Shown here: positions 1-7,416 of the stretch, in pieces
How the letters are laid out: every line of letters starts with the position of its first letter
How positions within the stretch are numbered: position 1 is the stretch's first letter
Source: Anaerolineae bacterium
GTDB lineage: Bacteria > Chloroflexota > Anaerolineae > JAAYZQ01
DNA: 64,000 nt
NCBI GenBank assembly: GCA_034435455.1
Contig: DAOTXL010000077.1
Location: 9,344-73,343, forward strand
Direction: 5' to 3'
Notes under the pieces: generated by a model
Seen by the model: only the letters and a program-made list of their open reading frames with translations
Told to the model about the DNA's origin: nothing
The model's database searches: none
Translations under genes and position numbers: made by a program

Positions 1-724
1 CCCCCATCGCCTCGCAAACCCGCGCCATTTCGTTGGCAAAGGCAATGTTCACGTCGCGGTAAGCGTTCTCCATCGTCTTGGCCAGTTCGGCGGCCAGCAC
101 GCTGGTGGGCGTGATCTCCCGGCGGACGATGGTCTTGTACAGTTCCACGGCCCGCCTCGTGCTTTCTTCGTTGATGCCACCCACCACCCGGGGAAAGTCG
201 GTGATATATTGCAGCAGTTTGCCGGGCATCACCCGTTCGTAGGAAAAGGCCAGGTAGAAATCTTCGCCGGCTTTCAGGCCCGATCCCTCTTCCAGGATCG
301 GTTTGACCACCTGTTCGGTGGTGCCGGGGGCCACGGTGGATTCGATGACCACCAGCGTGCCCGGCTGCAGGTGTTGAGCGGCCTGGGCACTGACCGTGCG
401 CAGGCTCAGGTACTCGGGGATGCGGTTGGTATCGGTCGGTGTCTGCACGTCAATCAGGATGACGTCCGCCTGTCTGCACACCGTAAAGTCATCGGTCACG
501 TGGAAGCTCTTTTTCTCCAGGACGACACGGGCGATCAGTTCGTCCATGCCCGGTTCGTCCCCCTCGAACGGGTTTTTGCCGCCGTTAATCCAGTCGATCT
601 TCCAGCCCGACCGGCGGGAGCGCCGCTGGATGCCGATCACGGTGTGGCCCGGCACGTCGGCCAGGAGTGCTGCTGCCGGGATGCCAACATAACCCATCCC
701 AATAACCACGATAGTGCGTTGCAT
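1..724 (-). CDS. Nucleotide-sugar dehydrogenase (UDP-glucose/GDP-mannose dehydrogenase family, WecC/WbpA-like); 3' end runs off the window
   Basis: Not in the ORF track. Manual translation from ATG at 724: MQRTIVVIGMGYVGIPAAALLAD (GxGxxG Rossmann), DVILIDVQTP, LVVIESTVAPGTT, NIAFANE; SD AAGGGGAAG. Confidence 0.88.
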   Translation of the reverse strand, partial: MQRTIVVIGMGYVGIPAAALLADVPGHTVIGIQRRSRRSGWKIDWINGGKNPFEGDEPGMDELIARVVLEKKSFHVTDDFTVCRQADVILIDVQTPTDTNRIPEYLSLRTVSAQAAQHLQPGTLVVIESTVAPGTTEQVVKPILEEGSGLKAGEDFYLAFSYERVMPGKLLQYITDFPRVVGGINEESTRRAVELYKTIVRREITPTSVLAAELAKTMENAYRDVNIAFANEMARVCEAMG

Positions 725-734
725 CTTCCCCTTC

Positions 735-778
735 TAACCTCCAATTTCTAATCTTTAATCTCTAATTTAACCCGATTC
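735..778. repeat. AT-rich heptamer-like tandem repeat (TAATCTC-type) overlapping the hdrB 3' end
   Basis: Plus strand reads ...ccaatttctaatctttaatctctaatttaacc, with ~7-nt periodicity in an otherwise GC-rich context. Confidence 0.45.
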
Positions 779-1635
779 ATCCTCAACCCCAACTCATCGG
801 GCGTGAAACCCAAAGCCAGCCCCAGCAATTGCGGGTAATAGAGCACCGGCAGGCGGTAGGTCACGCCAAACTGGCGCTCGATGCTGCGTTGATTGATCTC
901 GTACATGATGTCGCAGAAAGGGCAGATGAGGATCAGGCCATCGGCCCCGGCGATGTGGACATGTTCCAGCTTGCTGTGGGCGATGGCCAGGGCCGTTTCC
1001 GGGTCAATGGCCAGGATGCCGCCGCCGCAACATTCCCCCTCTTCTTCATAGGGCACCAGCCGGGCGCCGGTAGCCTCAATCAGGTCGCCCAGGGTGTGGG
1101 GGTTCTCCGGATCGTCGAACCGGCCGTGGAGGTGGGCCGGCTTGAGATAGTGGCAGCCATAATGGGCGGCGAAGCCGTACGATGAGAGATCGATCCCTTT
1201 CCCTTCGCTCCGGGCGAGCGCCACCATCTGGCGCAGCCGCTCCGGGCCGACCTCTTCGTAGAGGATGCGGGCGTAATGGCGTACCCGCACCGTGCCCTCG
1301 TAGCGGCGGCCGGTCGTCTCGGCCAGCAGGGCGTTGACGCGGGCCCGCAGCGCCTGGTCATGCCGGAGGCGATAATCCGCTTCCAACAGGGTGCCGGTGC
1401 AGGCGCTGCACAGCGCACACACCTCCAGCCCTCGCTCCTCGGCCAGGGCCAGGTTGTTGGCTGCCATCAGCAGGGCCGCCTCCCACTGGAGCGGTTTGGT
1501 CGGATAGCCGCAACAGGTAAAGCCTTCCACGTCCACGAACTCCAGGCCCAGCCGTTCCGCCGTCCGTCGGGCGGCCAGCTCGTAGTTCATGGCCCGTACC
1601 GGCACGGTGCAACCCAGGTATAGTGCGAATTTCAT
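748..1635 (-). CDS. hdrB: Heterodisulfide reductase subunit B (two CCG domains)
   Basis: YLGCTVP, TCCG, CSAC, HYGCH, ECCGGG, CPFC and LPVLYYPQLLGLALG motifs. Confidence 0.93.
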   Translation of the reverse strand: MKFALYLGCTVPVRAMNYELAARRTAERLGLEFVDVEGFTCCGYPTKPLQWEAALLMAANNLALAEERGLEVCALCSACTGTLLEADYRLRHDQALRARVNALLAETTGRRYEGTVRVRHYARILYEEVGPERLRQMVALARSEGKGIDLSSYGFAAHYGCHYLKPAHLHGRFDDPENPHTLGDLIEATGARLVPYEEEGECCGGGILAIDPETALAIAHSKLEHVHIAGADGLILICPFCDIMYEINQRSIERQFGVTYRLPVLYYPQLLGLALGFTPDELGLRMNRVKLEIKD

Positions 1636-2135
1636 GCTTCTTCCGCCTCTTTCACCACACCACAGCGGACCAGGATGCGTCGCACGTCGTCGGCCTGTTC
1701 CTGGATCGGCGGCAGGCCCTGTTCTGCCCGGCGCTCGTTCTCAAAGGCGGTGATCTCGTACAGCCGGCCATGGTCGCGCAGCAGGCCTGCCTGTTGGAGG
1801 AAGGCCGGCGGCACATACCCCTGGCGCACGGCAATGTTGCGGATGGCGTTCATCAGCTCCGGGATGTGCACATCCTGGGGACAGCGTTCGTAGCAGGTGT
1901 AGCAGGTCGAGCACAGCCACACAAACTCGCTGCTCAGGACCTCCTGGCGCATGCCCAGCAGGGCCATGCGCACGATGCGCCGGGGGTTGTATTTTTCCGT
2001 CCGTCCGGCCACCGGGCAGCCGGCCACGCAGGTGCCGCACGAGAAGCAGCGCAAAAAGCGCTCCCCGCCCGGTTCGGCGGCGATCTCGGCCCGGAAGCCG
2101 GGGTCCAGGCGGCCCACGTCTATCATCTCAGGCAT
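1632..2135 (-). CDS. hdrC: Heterodisulfide reductase subunit C (2x[4Fe-4S])
   Basis: CFSCGTCVAGCP and WLCSTCYTCYERCPQ; ATGA overlap with hdrB. Confidence 0.93.
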   Translation of the reverse strand: MPEMIDVGRLDPGFRAEIAAEPGGERFLRCFSCGTCVAGCPVAGRTEKYNPRRIVRMALLGMRQEVLSSEFVWLCSTCYTCYERCPQDVHIPELMNAIRNIAVRQGYVPPAFLQQAGLLRDHGRLYEITAFENERRAEQGLPPIQEQADDVRRILVRCGVVKEAEEA

Positions 2136-2159
2136 CGGCCCCGCTCCTACCCGTCCACT

Positions 2160-3293
2160 CTATCCCTTTACGGCCTGGCCGATCCAGCCGATCAGATCGC
2201 GAACCTCCACCGAGCGGTCGGCCTCCAGGTCCCGCGCGGCGCAGGTCAGGTGGATCTGGCACTTGGGGCAGGTGGTCAGCATCACCTGGGCGCCCGTCTC
2301 CCGCGCCTGGCGCAGCTTTTCCTGCTGGATCAGTTTGGAACAGCCGCTGCAATTGACCCACGCCGTCGAGCCGCAGCACATGGCGCGCTCGCGGTTGTCT
2401 TCCATCTCGGCCAGCTCGAGGCCCGGCACACCGGCCAGGACCTGGCGGGGCGGTTCGTACACCTTCAGGTAGCGGCCCAGACGGCAGGGGTCGTGATAGG
2501 TCACGCGGCCGGGCAGTGGTTCCAGGGTCAGGTCGCCCCCGGCCATCTTGTCGGCCAGCAGTTCGGTCAGGTGCAGCATCTCGAAAGGCAACTGGCCCAC
2601 AAAGGCCGGGTATTCGTTCTTGAAGGCGTTGTAGCATTCGGCACAGGTAAAGATCACCTTCCGGGCCCCGCCGGCCCGGATCGTTTCGACATTCAGCTCT
2701 GCCAGCCGCCGGAAGCTGGCCAGGTCCCCGGCCAGCAACAGGTCGGCGCCGCAGCACCGTTCGGCGTTGCTGACGATGGGGGCGATCCCGACCCGGTTCA
2801 GCAACCGCACGGCGCTGCGGGCAATGGCCAGGGCCTGGACCCCCAGGTCGGCAAAGATGACGTCGAAAAAGGGCAGGCAGCCCACAAAATAAAAGTACTC
2901 CCCGTTCTCCACCACCTCCATGTCGGCGGTCAGCCAGTCGGTGCGGTTCTGGTGGACGTTCATCGTCTGGATGCGCATCACTTCCTGCAGGATGCCGTTG
3001 TGGGCATAGATGCCCCGCTCGCCGGCCTGGAACGCCTCGGCCCGCATTTCGATGATGAACCGGGCGAAATCCACATGGGAGGGGCAGCGGGCGCTGCACA
3101 ACCCGCAGGTCATGCACATCCACAGATGGGGGTCGGCCATGACCGCCGTGGCCTCGCCGCCGACCACCCGCTCGACGATGCGGCGGGGCGAATAGTCGGG
3201 GTCCACCCAGGCCAGCGGGCAACTGCCGGTACACTTGCCACAGTCCAGGCACAGATAGGCCCGGGTCCGTTGGATGATCGCTTGAAAGTTCAT
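2160..3293 (-). CDS. hdrD: HdrD/GlcF-like Fe-S oxidoreductase (2x[4Fe-4S] plus two CCG domains)
   Basis: CLDCGKCTGSCP, CMTCGLCSARCP, YFVGC, RCCG, CAEC, YHDPCRLGR, MCCG, TCPKC. Confidence 0.82.
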   Translation of the reverse strand: MNFQAIIQRTRAYLCLDCGKCTGSCPLAWVDPDYSPRRIVERVVGGEATAVMADPHLWMCMTCGLCSARCPSHVDFARFIIEMRAEAFQAGERGIYAHNGILQEVMRIQTMNVHQNRTDWLTADMEVVENGEYFYFVGCLPFFDVIFADLGVQALAIARSAVRLLNRVGIAPIVSNAERCCGADLLLAGDLASFRRLAELNVETIRAGGARKVIFTCAECYNAFKNEYPAFVGQLPFEMLHLTELLADKMAGGDLTLEPLPGRVTYHDPCRLGRYLKVYEPPRQVLAGVPGLELAEMEDNRERAMCCGSTAWVNCSGCSKLIQQEKLRQARETGAQVMLTTCPKCQIHLTCAARDLEADRSVEVRDLIGWIGQAVKG

Positions 3294-3419
3294 GGCGAGA
3301 ACAATTCCCCTTTGACAAAATCGTATGGCTGTGATAGTGAGAACCGGAATTGGCTCCGGTAGAGCCTTCCCCCTCGTTGCGGAGACAAGCCTCCGGGATC
3401 CCCACTCCTTTTTTAGGGC

Positions 3420-3926
3420 CTATCCGAAGACCTGGGGGGCAGGCTCCCCGGCCTGCCCGGACGGCCTGGAAAGGCCATCCCACCCATTTTCGGGTAGGTT
3501 CTTATCGGACCCTGGTTTCAACAGCAGCGGATTTGCTCCTGCCTGTTTGATCTGCGCCGTAAACTCGGTCACCACCTGAGCGAAGCGGGCCCCCTCCGCT
3601 GCCGAGATCCACTCCAGGCGCAGCCGGCCCGGGTCTATGCCCAGCAGGGCCATCAGGGAGCGGGCCAGTTCGACGTTGCGCACCGCCTTTTCGTTGCCCG
3701 AGAGGTAATGACAGTCGCCCGGATGGCAGCCGGTGACCAGCACGCCATCGGCGCCGGCCCCCAACGCTTCCAGGATGAACAGGGGGCTGACCCGCCCGGA
3801 GCACATCACCCGGATGACGCGCGTGGTGGGCGGGTATTGGATGCGGCTCACCCCGGCCAGGTCGGCGCCGGCGTAGGAGCACCAGTTGCAGGCAAAGACT
3901 ATAATTTTCGGTTGAAACTCATCCAT
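3420..3926 (-). CDS. mvhD: MvhD/HdrA-associated [2Fe-2S] subunit, copy 1, with a repeat-derived C-terminal extension
   Basis: FACNWCSYAGADLAG, RVMCSGRV, GCHPGDCHY, RLRLEWISAAEG. Confidence 0.93.
   Translation of the reverse strand: MDEFQPKIIVFACNWCSYAGADLAGVSRIQYPPTTRVIRVMCSGRVSPLFILEALGAGADGVLVTGCHPGDCHYLSGNEKAVRNVELARSLMALLGIDPGRLRLEWISAAEGARFAQVVTEFTAQIKQAGANPLLLKPGSDKNLPENGWDGLSRPSGQAGEPAPQVFG
3437..3483. repeat. REP-like double hairpin inside the mvhD 3' end
   Basis: gggcaggc-tccccg-gcctgccc followed by ggacggcc-tggaa-aggccatcc-cac; translated as the non-conserved tail GWDGLSRPSGQAGEPAP. Confidence 0.6.
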
Positions 3927-5699
3927 TTACACCCCCATCGCCGCCTGGATCATGGCCGTCACCTGCCGGCTGGTAAAGTGGGCTGCCTGCATGGCGCAGG
4001 TGGGGCAGACGACGGCGCAGGCCCCGCACCCCTTGCACAGCACCGGGTTCACCCGCGCCACGGTCCGGCCGGCGGGTCGGTTGGTCAGCCGGAAGAAAAC
4101 AGTCTCTGGCAGCGGGAGCTCCACAAACTCGATGGCGCCAAACTCACAGACATCGGCGCAGCGCCGGCAACCCCGGCACAGAGATTCATCCACGTGGGAG
4201 ACCGCCCCCGGGGCGCGGACCTGCTCTTTCGAGAGGACCGTCGCCGCCCGGGCCGCCGCGCCCAGGGCCTGGCCGATGGCCTCCTCCAGGTGGGCCGGCC
4301 AGTGGGCGCTGCCGCACAAAAAGATCCCATCGGTGGCAAAATCCAGCGGACGGAGCTTGACATGGGCCTCCAGGAAAAAGCCATACTCGTCCACCGGCAC
4401 CTTGAGGAGCTGGGCCAGCTCGCGGGCGCCTGGGGCCGGCACCGGCGGCGTCGAGAGCACCAGCAGGTCGTAGGGGATGCTCAGCCGGGCCCCCAGCAGT
4501 TCGTCGTAGACGACCACCCGCCCGGCCGCCACCTGCGGCGGGTCCTGGGGCGTGTAGCGCGTAAAGAGGACGCCCAGGTCGCGCGCCCGCCCGTAATAGT
4601 CCTCGAAGTAGGTGCCGTGTACCTCGATGTCGCGGTAAAGCACATAGACTTCGGCCTGTGGGTTGCGCTCCTTGAGCAACATGGCGTTCTTGATCGCCGT
4701 CAGGCAGCAGATGCGCCCGCAATAGGCGTGCGTCTCGTCGCGGGCGCCCACACATTGAATCATGACCAGGTGGGAGATAGGATATGGGATCTTGCCGGCA
4801 GCCAGCCGCTGCTCGAGTTCCTGCTGGGTGATGACGCGCGGGTCGTCGCCGTAGCCGTAACGGCCCACCGGCTTGAATTCCTGGGCCCCGGTGGCGACCA
4901 GGATGACGCCGGCCGGCACCGGCAGGCTCACTTCCCGGCCGAACTGCCGGGTGCGCACCAGCAGGGTAAAGTTGCCGATATACCCCTGCACCTCCTGCAC
5001 CTCTGCCGAGGTCAGGACCTCGATGCGCGGTTCGTCGCGCACCCCGGCCACGTGGCGCTCGACCAGCTCCCGGGCGTGGGCCATGGTGGGATACAATCTG
5101 TCGAGGTGGCGCAGCACCCCCCCCAGTTCCGGCTCCCGTTCGATGAGGGTCACGGCAAAGCCACGGCGGGCCAGGCTCAGGGCGGCCGTCATGCCGGCCA
5201 CCCCCCCGCCGAGGACCGCAGCCGTCGGCTGAACCGGCAGCCTGGCCTCCTCCAGAGGCTCCAGCAGGGCGGCCCTGGCCACGCCCATGCGGATCAGGTC
5301 TTGGGCTTTCTGAGTGGCCTGCTCGCCGTCGCGCATGTGTACCCACGAACATTGGTCCCGGATGTTGACGAACTCGAACAGATAGCGGTTGAGGCCGGCC
5401 TCCTCGCAGGTCGCCTGGAACAGCGGCTCGTGGGTGCGCGGTGTGCAGGAAGCGACCACCACCCGGTTCAGATTGTGGGTGGCGATGGCAGAGCGGATCT
5501 CGGCCAGCCCGGCGTCGGAGCAGGTAAACAGGCTGTCGCCGGCCCAGACGACGCCGGGCAGCGCCCGCGCCGACTCGACCAGGGCCGGCACGTCCAGATA
5601 GCCGGCGATGTTGTGCCCGCAGTGGCAGACAAATACCCCAATGCGCGGGGCTTGCCTTCCGGGTGCCTGTGCTTCCTCCGGCCTTGAGCTACGAAACAT
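3927..5699 (-). CDS. hdrA: HdrA-family flavoprotein, C-terminal module (Cys-rich N-domain, FAD domain, C-terminal 2x[4Fe-4S])
   Basis: IGVFVCHCG, VVVASCTPRTHEPLF, FVNIRDQCSWVH, VLGGGVAG, YCGRICCLTAIKNA, CRGCRRCADVC, CKGCGACAVVCP. Confidence 0.9.
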   Translation of the reverse strand: MFRSSRPEEAQAPGRQAPRIGVFVCHCGHNIAGYLDVPALVESARALPGVVWAGDSLFTCSDAGLAEIRSAIATHNLNRVVVASCTPRTHEPLFQATCEEAGLNRYLFEFVNIRDQCSWVHMRDGEQATQKAQDLIRMGVARAALLEPLEEARLPVQPTAAVLGGGVAGMTAALSLARRGFAVTLIEREPELGGVLRHLDRLYPTMAHARELVERHVAGVRDEPRIEVLTSAEVQEVQGYIGNFTLLVRTRQFGREVSLPVPAGVILVATGAQEFKPVGRYGYGDDPRVITQQELEQRLAAGKIPYPISHLVMIQCVGARDETHAYCGRICCLTAIKNAMLLKERNPQAEVYVLYRDIEVHGTYFEDYYGRARDLGVLFTRYTPQDPPQVAAGRVVVYDELLGARLSIPYDLLVLSTPPVPAPGARELAQLLKVPVDEYGFFLEAHVKLRPLDFATDGIFLCGSAHWPAHLEEAIGQALGAAARAATVLSKEQVRAPGAVSHVDESLCRGCRRCADVCEFGAIEFVELPLPETVFFRLTNRPAGRTVARVNPVLCKGCGACAVVCPTCAMQAAHFTSRQVTAMIQAAMGV

Positions 5700-5705
5700 G
5701 GGTGG

Positions 5706-7001
5706 TCATCCTCTCCCCTCAAGGCCCAGCGCCATTTCGGCCGCCCGCGCTGCGGCGGCGCTGGCCTGGGCCACCGACTGGGGAATATCGGCCGGCCCCA
5801 GACAACAGCCACAGGCCACGATGCCGGGCCGGCTGGTGTCGGTCGGGGCGAAGGGGTCCACGCGGACAAAGCCGAACTCGTCCAGCTCGATGCCCAGCAC
5901 GGCGGCCAGTTGTGGGGCATCGTGGCGCGGCACCAGGCTGGTGGCCAGCACGGCCAGGTCCACCGTCATCCGCTGCGGGCGCGAGGTGGCCGCATCCTCA
6001 TACCTGACCACCGGGTTGTGGTTGTCGTCCTCCAGGATCTGGGCCACCCGCCCGTGGATAAAAGTGACGCCAAAATCACGCCGGGCCCGGTCCATGTACT
6101 CCCGGAACCCTTTGCCCGAACCCCTCAAATCGGTATAGAATATGTAGGAACGTGTCTCAGGATCGTGCTCCCAGGCCAGCACCGCCTCTTTGGTCGAGTG
6201 GACGCAGCACACCGTTGAGCAGTAGCGGTTGTGGCGCACATGCCGCGAACCGGTGCACTGCACAAAGCCGAGGGTCCTGGCCGGTCGTCCGTCGGAGGGG
6301 CGCAGCAGTTGGCCGCCGGTTGGCCCCGCGGCGCTGATGAGCCGCTCGTACTCCAGGGCGGTGATGACGTTGGGATAGCGTCGATAGCCGTACTGGCTCA
6401 GAGGGGTCGGATCGTAAAAGTCGTAGCCGGTGGCGACGACGAGGGCCCCTACCTCCAGCGTCAGTTCCCGATCCTGCTGCTCGAACCGGATCGCCCCGGC
6501 CGGGCATACCTTCTGACACAGGCCACATTTGCCCCGGAGCAGATAGGTGCATTGCTCCGGGTCAATGGTCATTACCAGCGGCACCGCCTGGGGGAAATAG
6601 AGATAGATCGCCCGGCGCTGGCTCAATCCCAGGTTGAAGGCATCGGGCACCGGACGGGGGCATTTGAGGGCGCACTCGCCGCAGCCGGTACACCGCTCCT
6701 CGTCCACATAGCGGGCATGTTTGAGCACCTGCACCTGAAACGCCCCGGCCTGGCCCGTCACGGCCCGGACTTCAGAACAGGTATGCAGCACCACGTTCGG
6801 ATGGCGGGCGCAATCCACCATCTTGGGCGACAGGATGCAGGTCGAGCAGTCGTTGGTGGGGAAGGTCTTGTCGAGTTGTGCCATCCGCCCGCCGATGCTG
6901 GGCAGGCGTTCCACCAGGTGGACGCGCAGCCCCTGTTCGGCCAGGTCCAGCGCTGCCTGGATGCCGGCGATCCCCCCGCCGAGGACGAGAACTTGTTTCA
7001 C
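5706..7001 (-). CDS. hdrA: HdrA-family flavoprotein, N-terminal module (FAD domain with inserted ferredoxin)
   Basis: VLGGGIAGIQAALDLA, GGRMAQLDKTFPTNDCSTCIL, CTGCGECALKCP, CGLCQKVCP, ITALEYERL, YCSTVCCVHSTKEA. Confidence 0.9.
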   Translation of the reverse strand: MKQVLVLGGGIAGIQAALDLAEQGLRVHLVERLPSIGGRMAQLDKTFPTNDCSTCILSPKMVDCARHPNVVLHTCSEVRAVTGQAGAFQVQVLKHARYVDEERCTGCGECALKCPRPVPDAFNLGLSQRRAIYLYFPQAVPLVMTIDPEQCTYLLRGKCGLCQKVCPAGAIRFEQQDRELTLEVGALVVATGYDFYDPTPLSQYGYRRYPNVITALEYERLISAAGPTGGQLLRPSDGRPARTLGFVQCTGSRHVRHNRYCSTVCCVHSTKEAVLAWEHDPETRSYIFYTDLRGSGKGFREYMDRARRDFGVTFIHGRVAQILEDDNHNPVVRYEDAATSRPQRMTVDLAVLATSLVPRHDAPQLAAVLGIELDEFGFVRVDPFAPTDTSRPGIVACGCCLGPADIPQSVAQASAAAARAAEMALGLEGRG

Positions 7002-7393
7002 CGCGCCCTCTCCTCTTGCTGCCTGACAAACCGCCGCACCGCCTCGATCAGCGCCGGCCCCTCCCCCACACGCACCTGATAGAACGCCAGTTGTTCCTCC
7101 CGGAACCCCAGCAGTCCGGCCAGCCGACGCACCTCCTCGAACAGCTCCTCCGCCCGGCGGCTGCCGAACTCATAGTGGCACTCCTCCGGTGGGCAACCGA
7201 CCAGCATCACCCCATCGGCCCCCTTCTGAAAGGCCTGGAGGATGGTGCTGGTTCCGACCTGCCCCAGGCAATCCACTTTCAGCGGCCGGACCCCGGCCGG
7301 GTAGGAGAGGTGTTGTTTCCCCGCCTCTTGCAGGCTTTGGTGGGCGTTCCAATTGCAGGTAAAGATGACGACTCGCGGCTCCGATTCCGCCAT
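6998..7393 (-). CDS. mvhD: MvhD-like [2Fe-2S] subunit, copy 2 (divergent), 131 aa
   Basis: Real start is the ATG at 7393 inside track ORF 6998..8167 (MAESEPRVVIFTCNWN...DCLGQV...GCPPEECHY); Cys13/42/67/72 spacing is retained; SD GGAGGGAAAC. Confidence 0.85.
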   Translation of the reverse strand: MAESEPRVVIFTCNWNAHQSLQEAGKQHLSYPAGVRPLKVDCLGQVGTSTILQAFQKGADGVMLVGCPPEECHYEFGSRRAEELFEEVRRLAGLLGFREEQLAFYQVRVGEGPALIEAVRRFVRQQEERAR

Positions 7394-7416
7394 GTTTCCC
7401 TCCTGCCTCCTGCCCC

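Noticed and set aside
3312-3340. Plus-strand TTGACA upstream of possible -10 boxes
   Set aside because: The -10 match is poor at acceptable spacing, and the AT-rich patch is explained by the hdrD ribosome-binding region.
5700-5708. In-frame TGA between the HdrA halves as selenocysteine
   Set aside because: It is in a linker rather than at a conserved Cys position, no SECIS-like hairpin is evident, and a good SD and ATG follow. All usual Sec positions in HdrA, MvhD and HdrD are Cys codons here.
3927-7001. QmoAB / dissimilatory sulfate reduction assignment
   Set aside because: The N-module has the HdrA ferredoxin insert and FPTxDC motif, and no aprAB, sat, qmoC or dsr genes are in the window.
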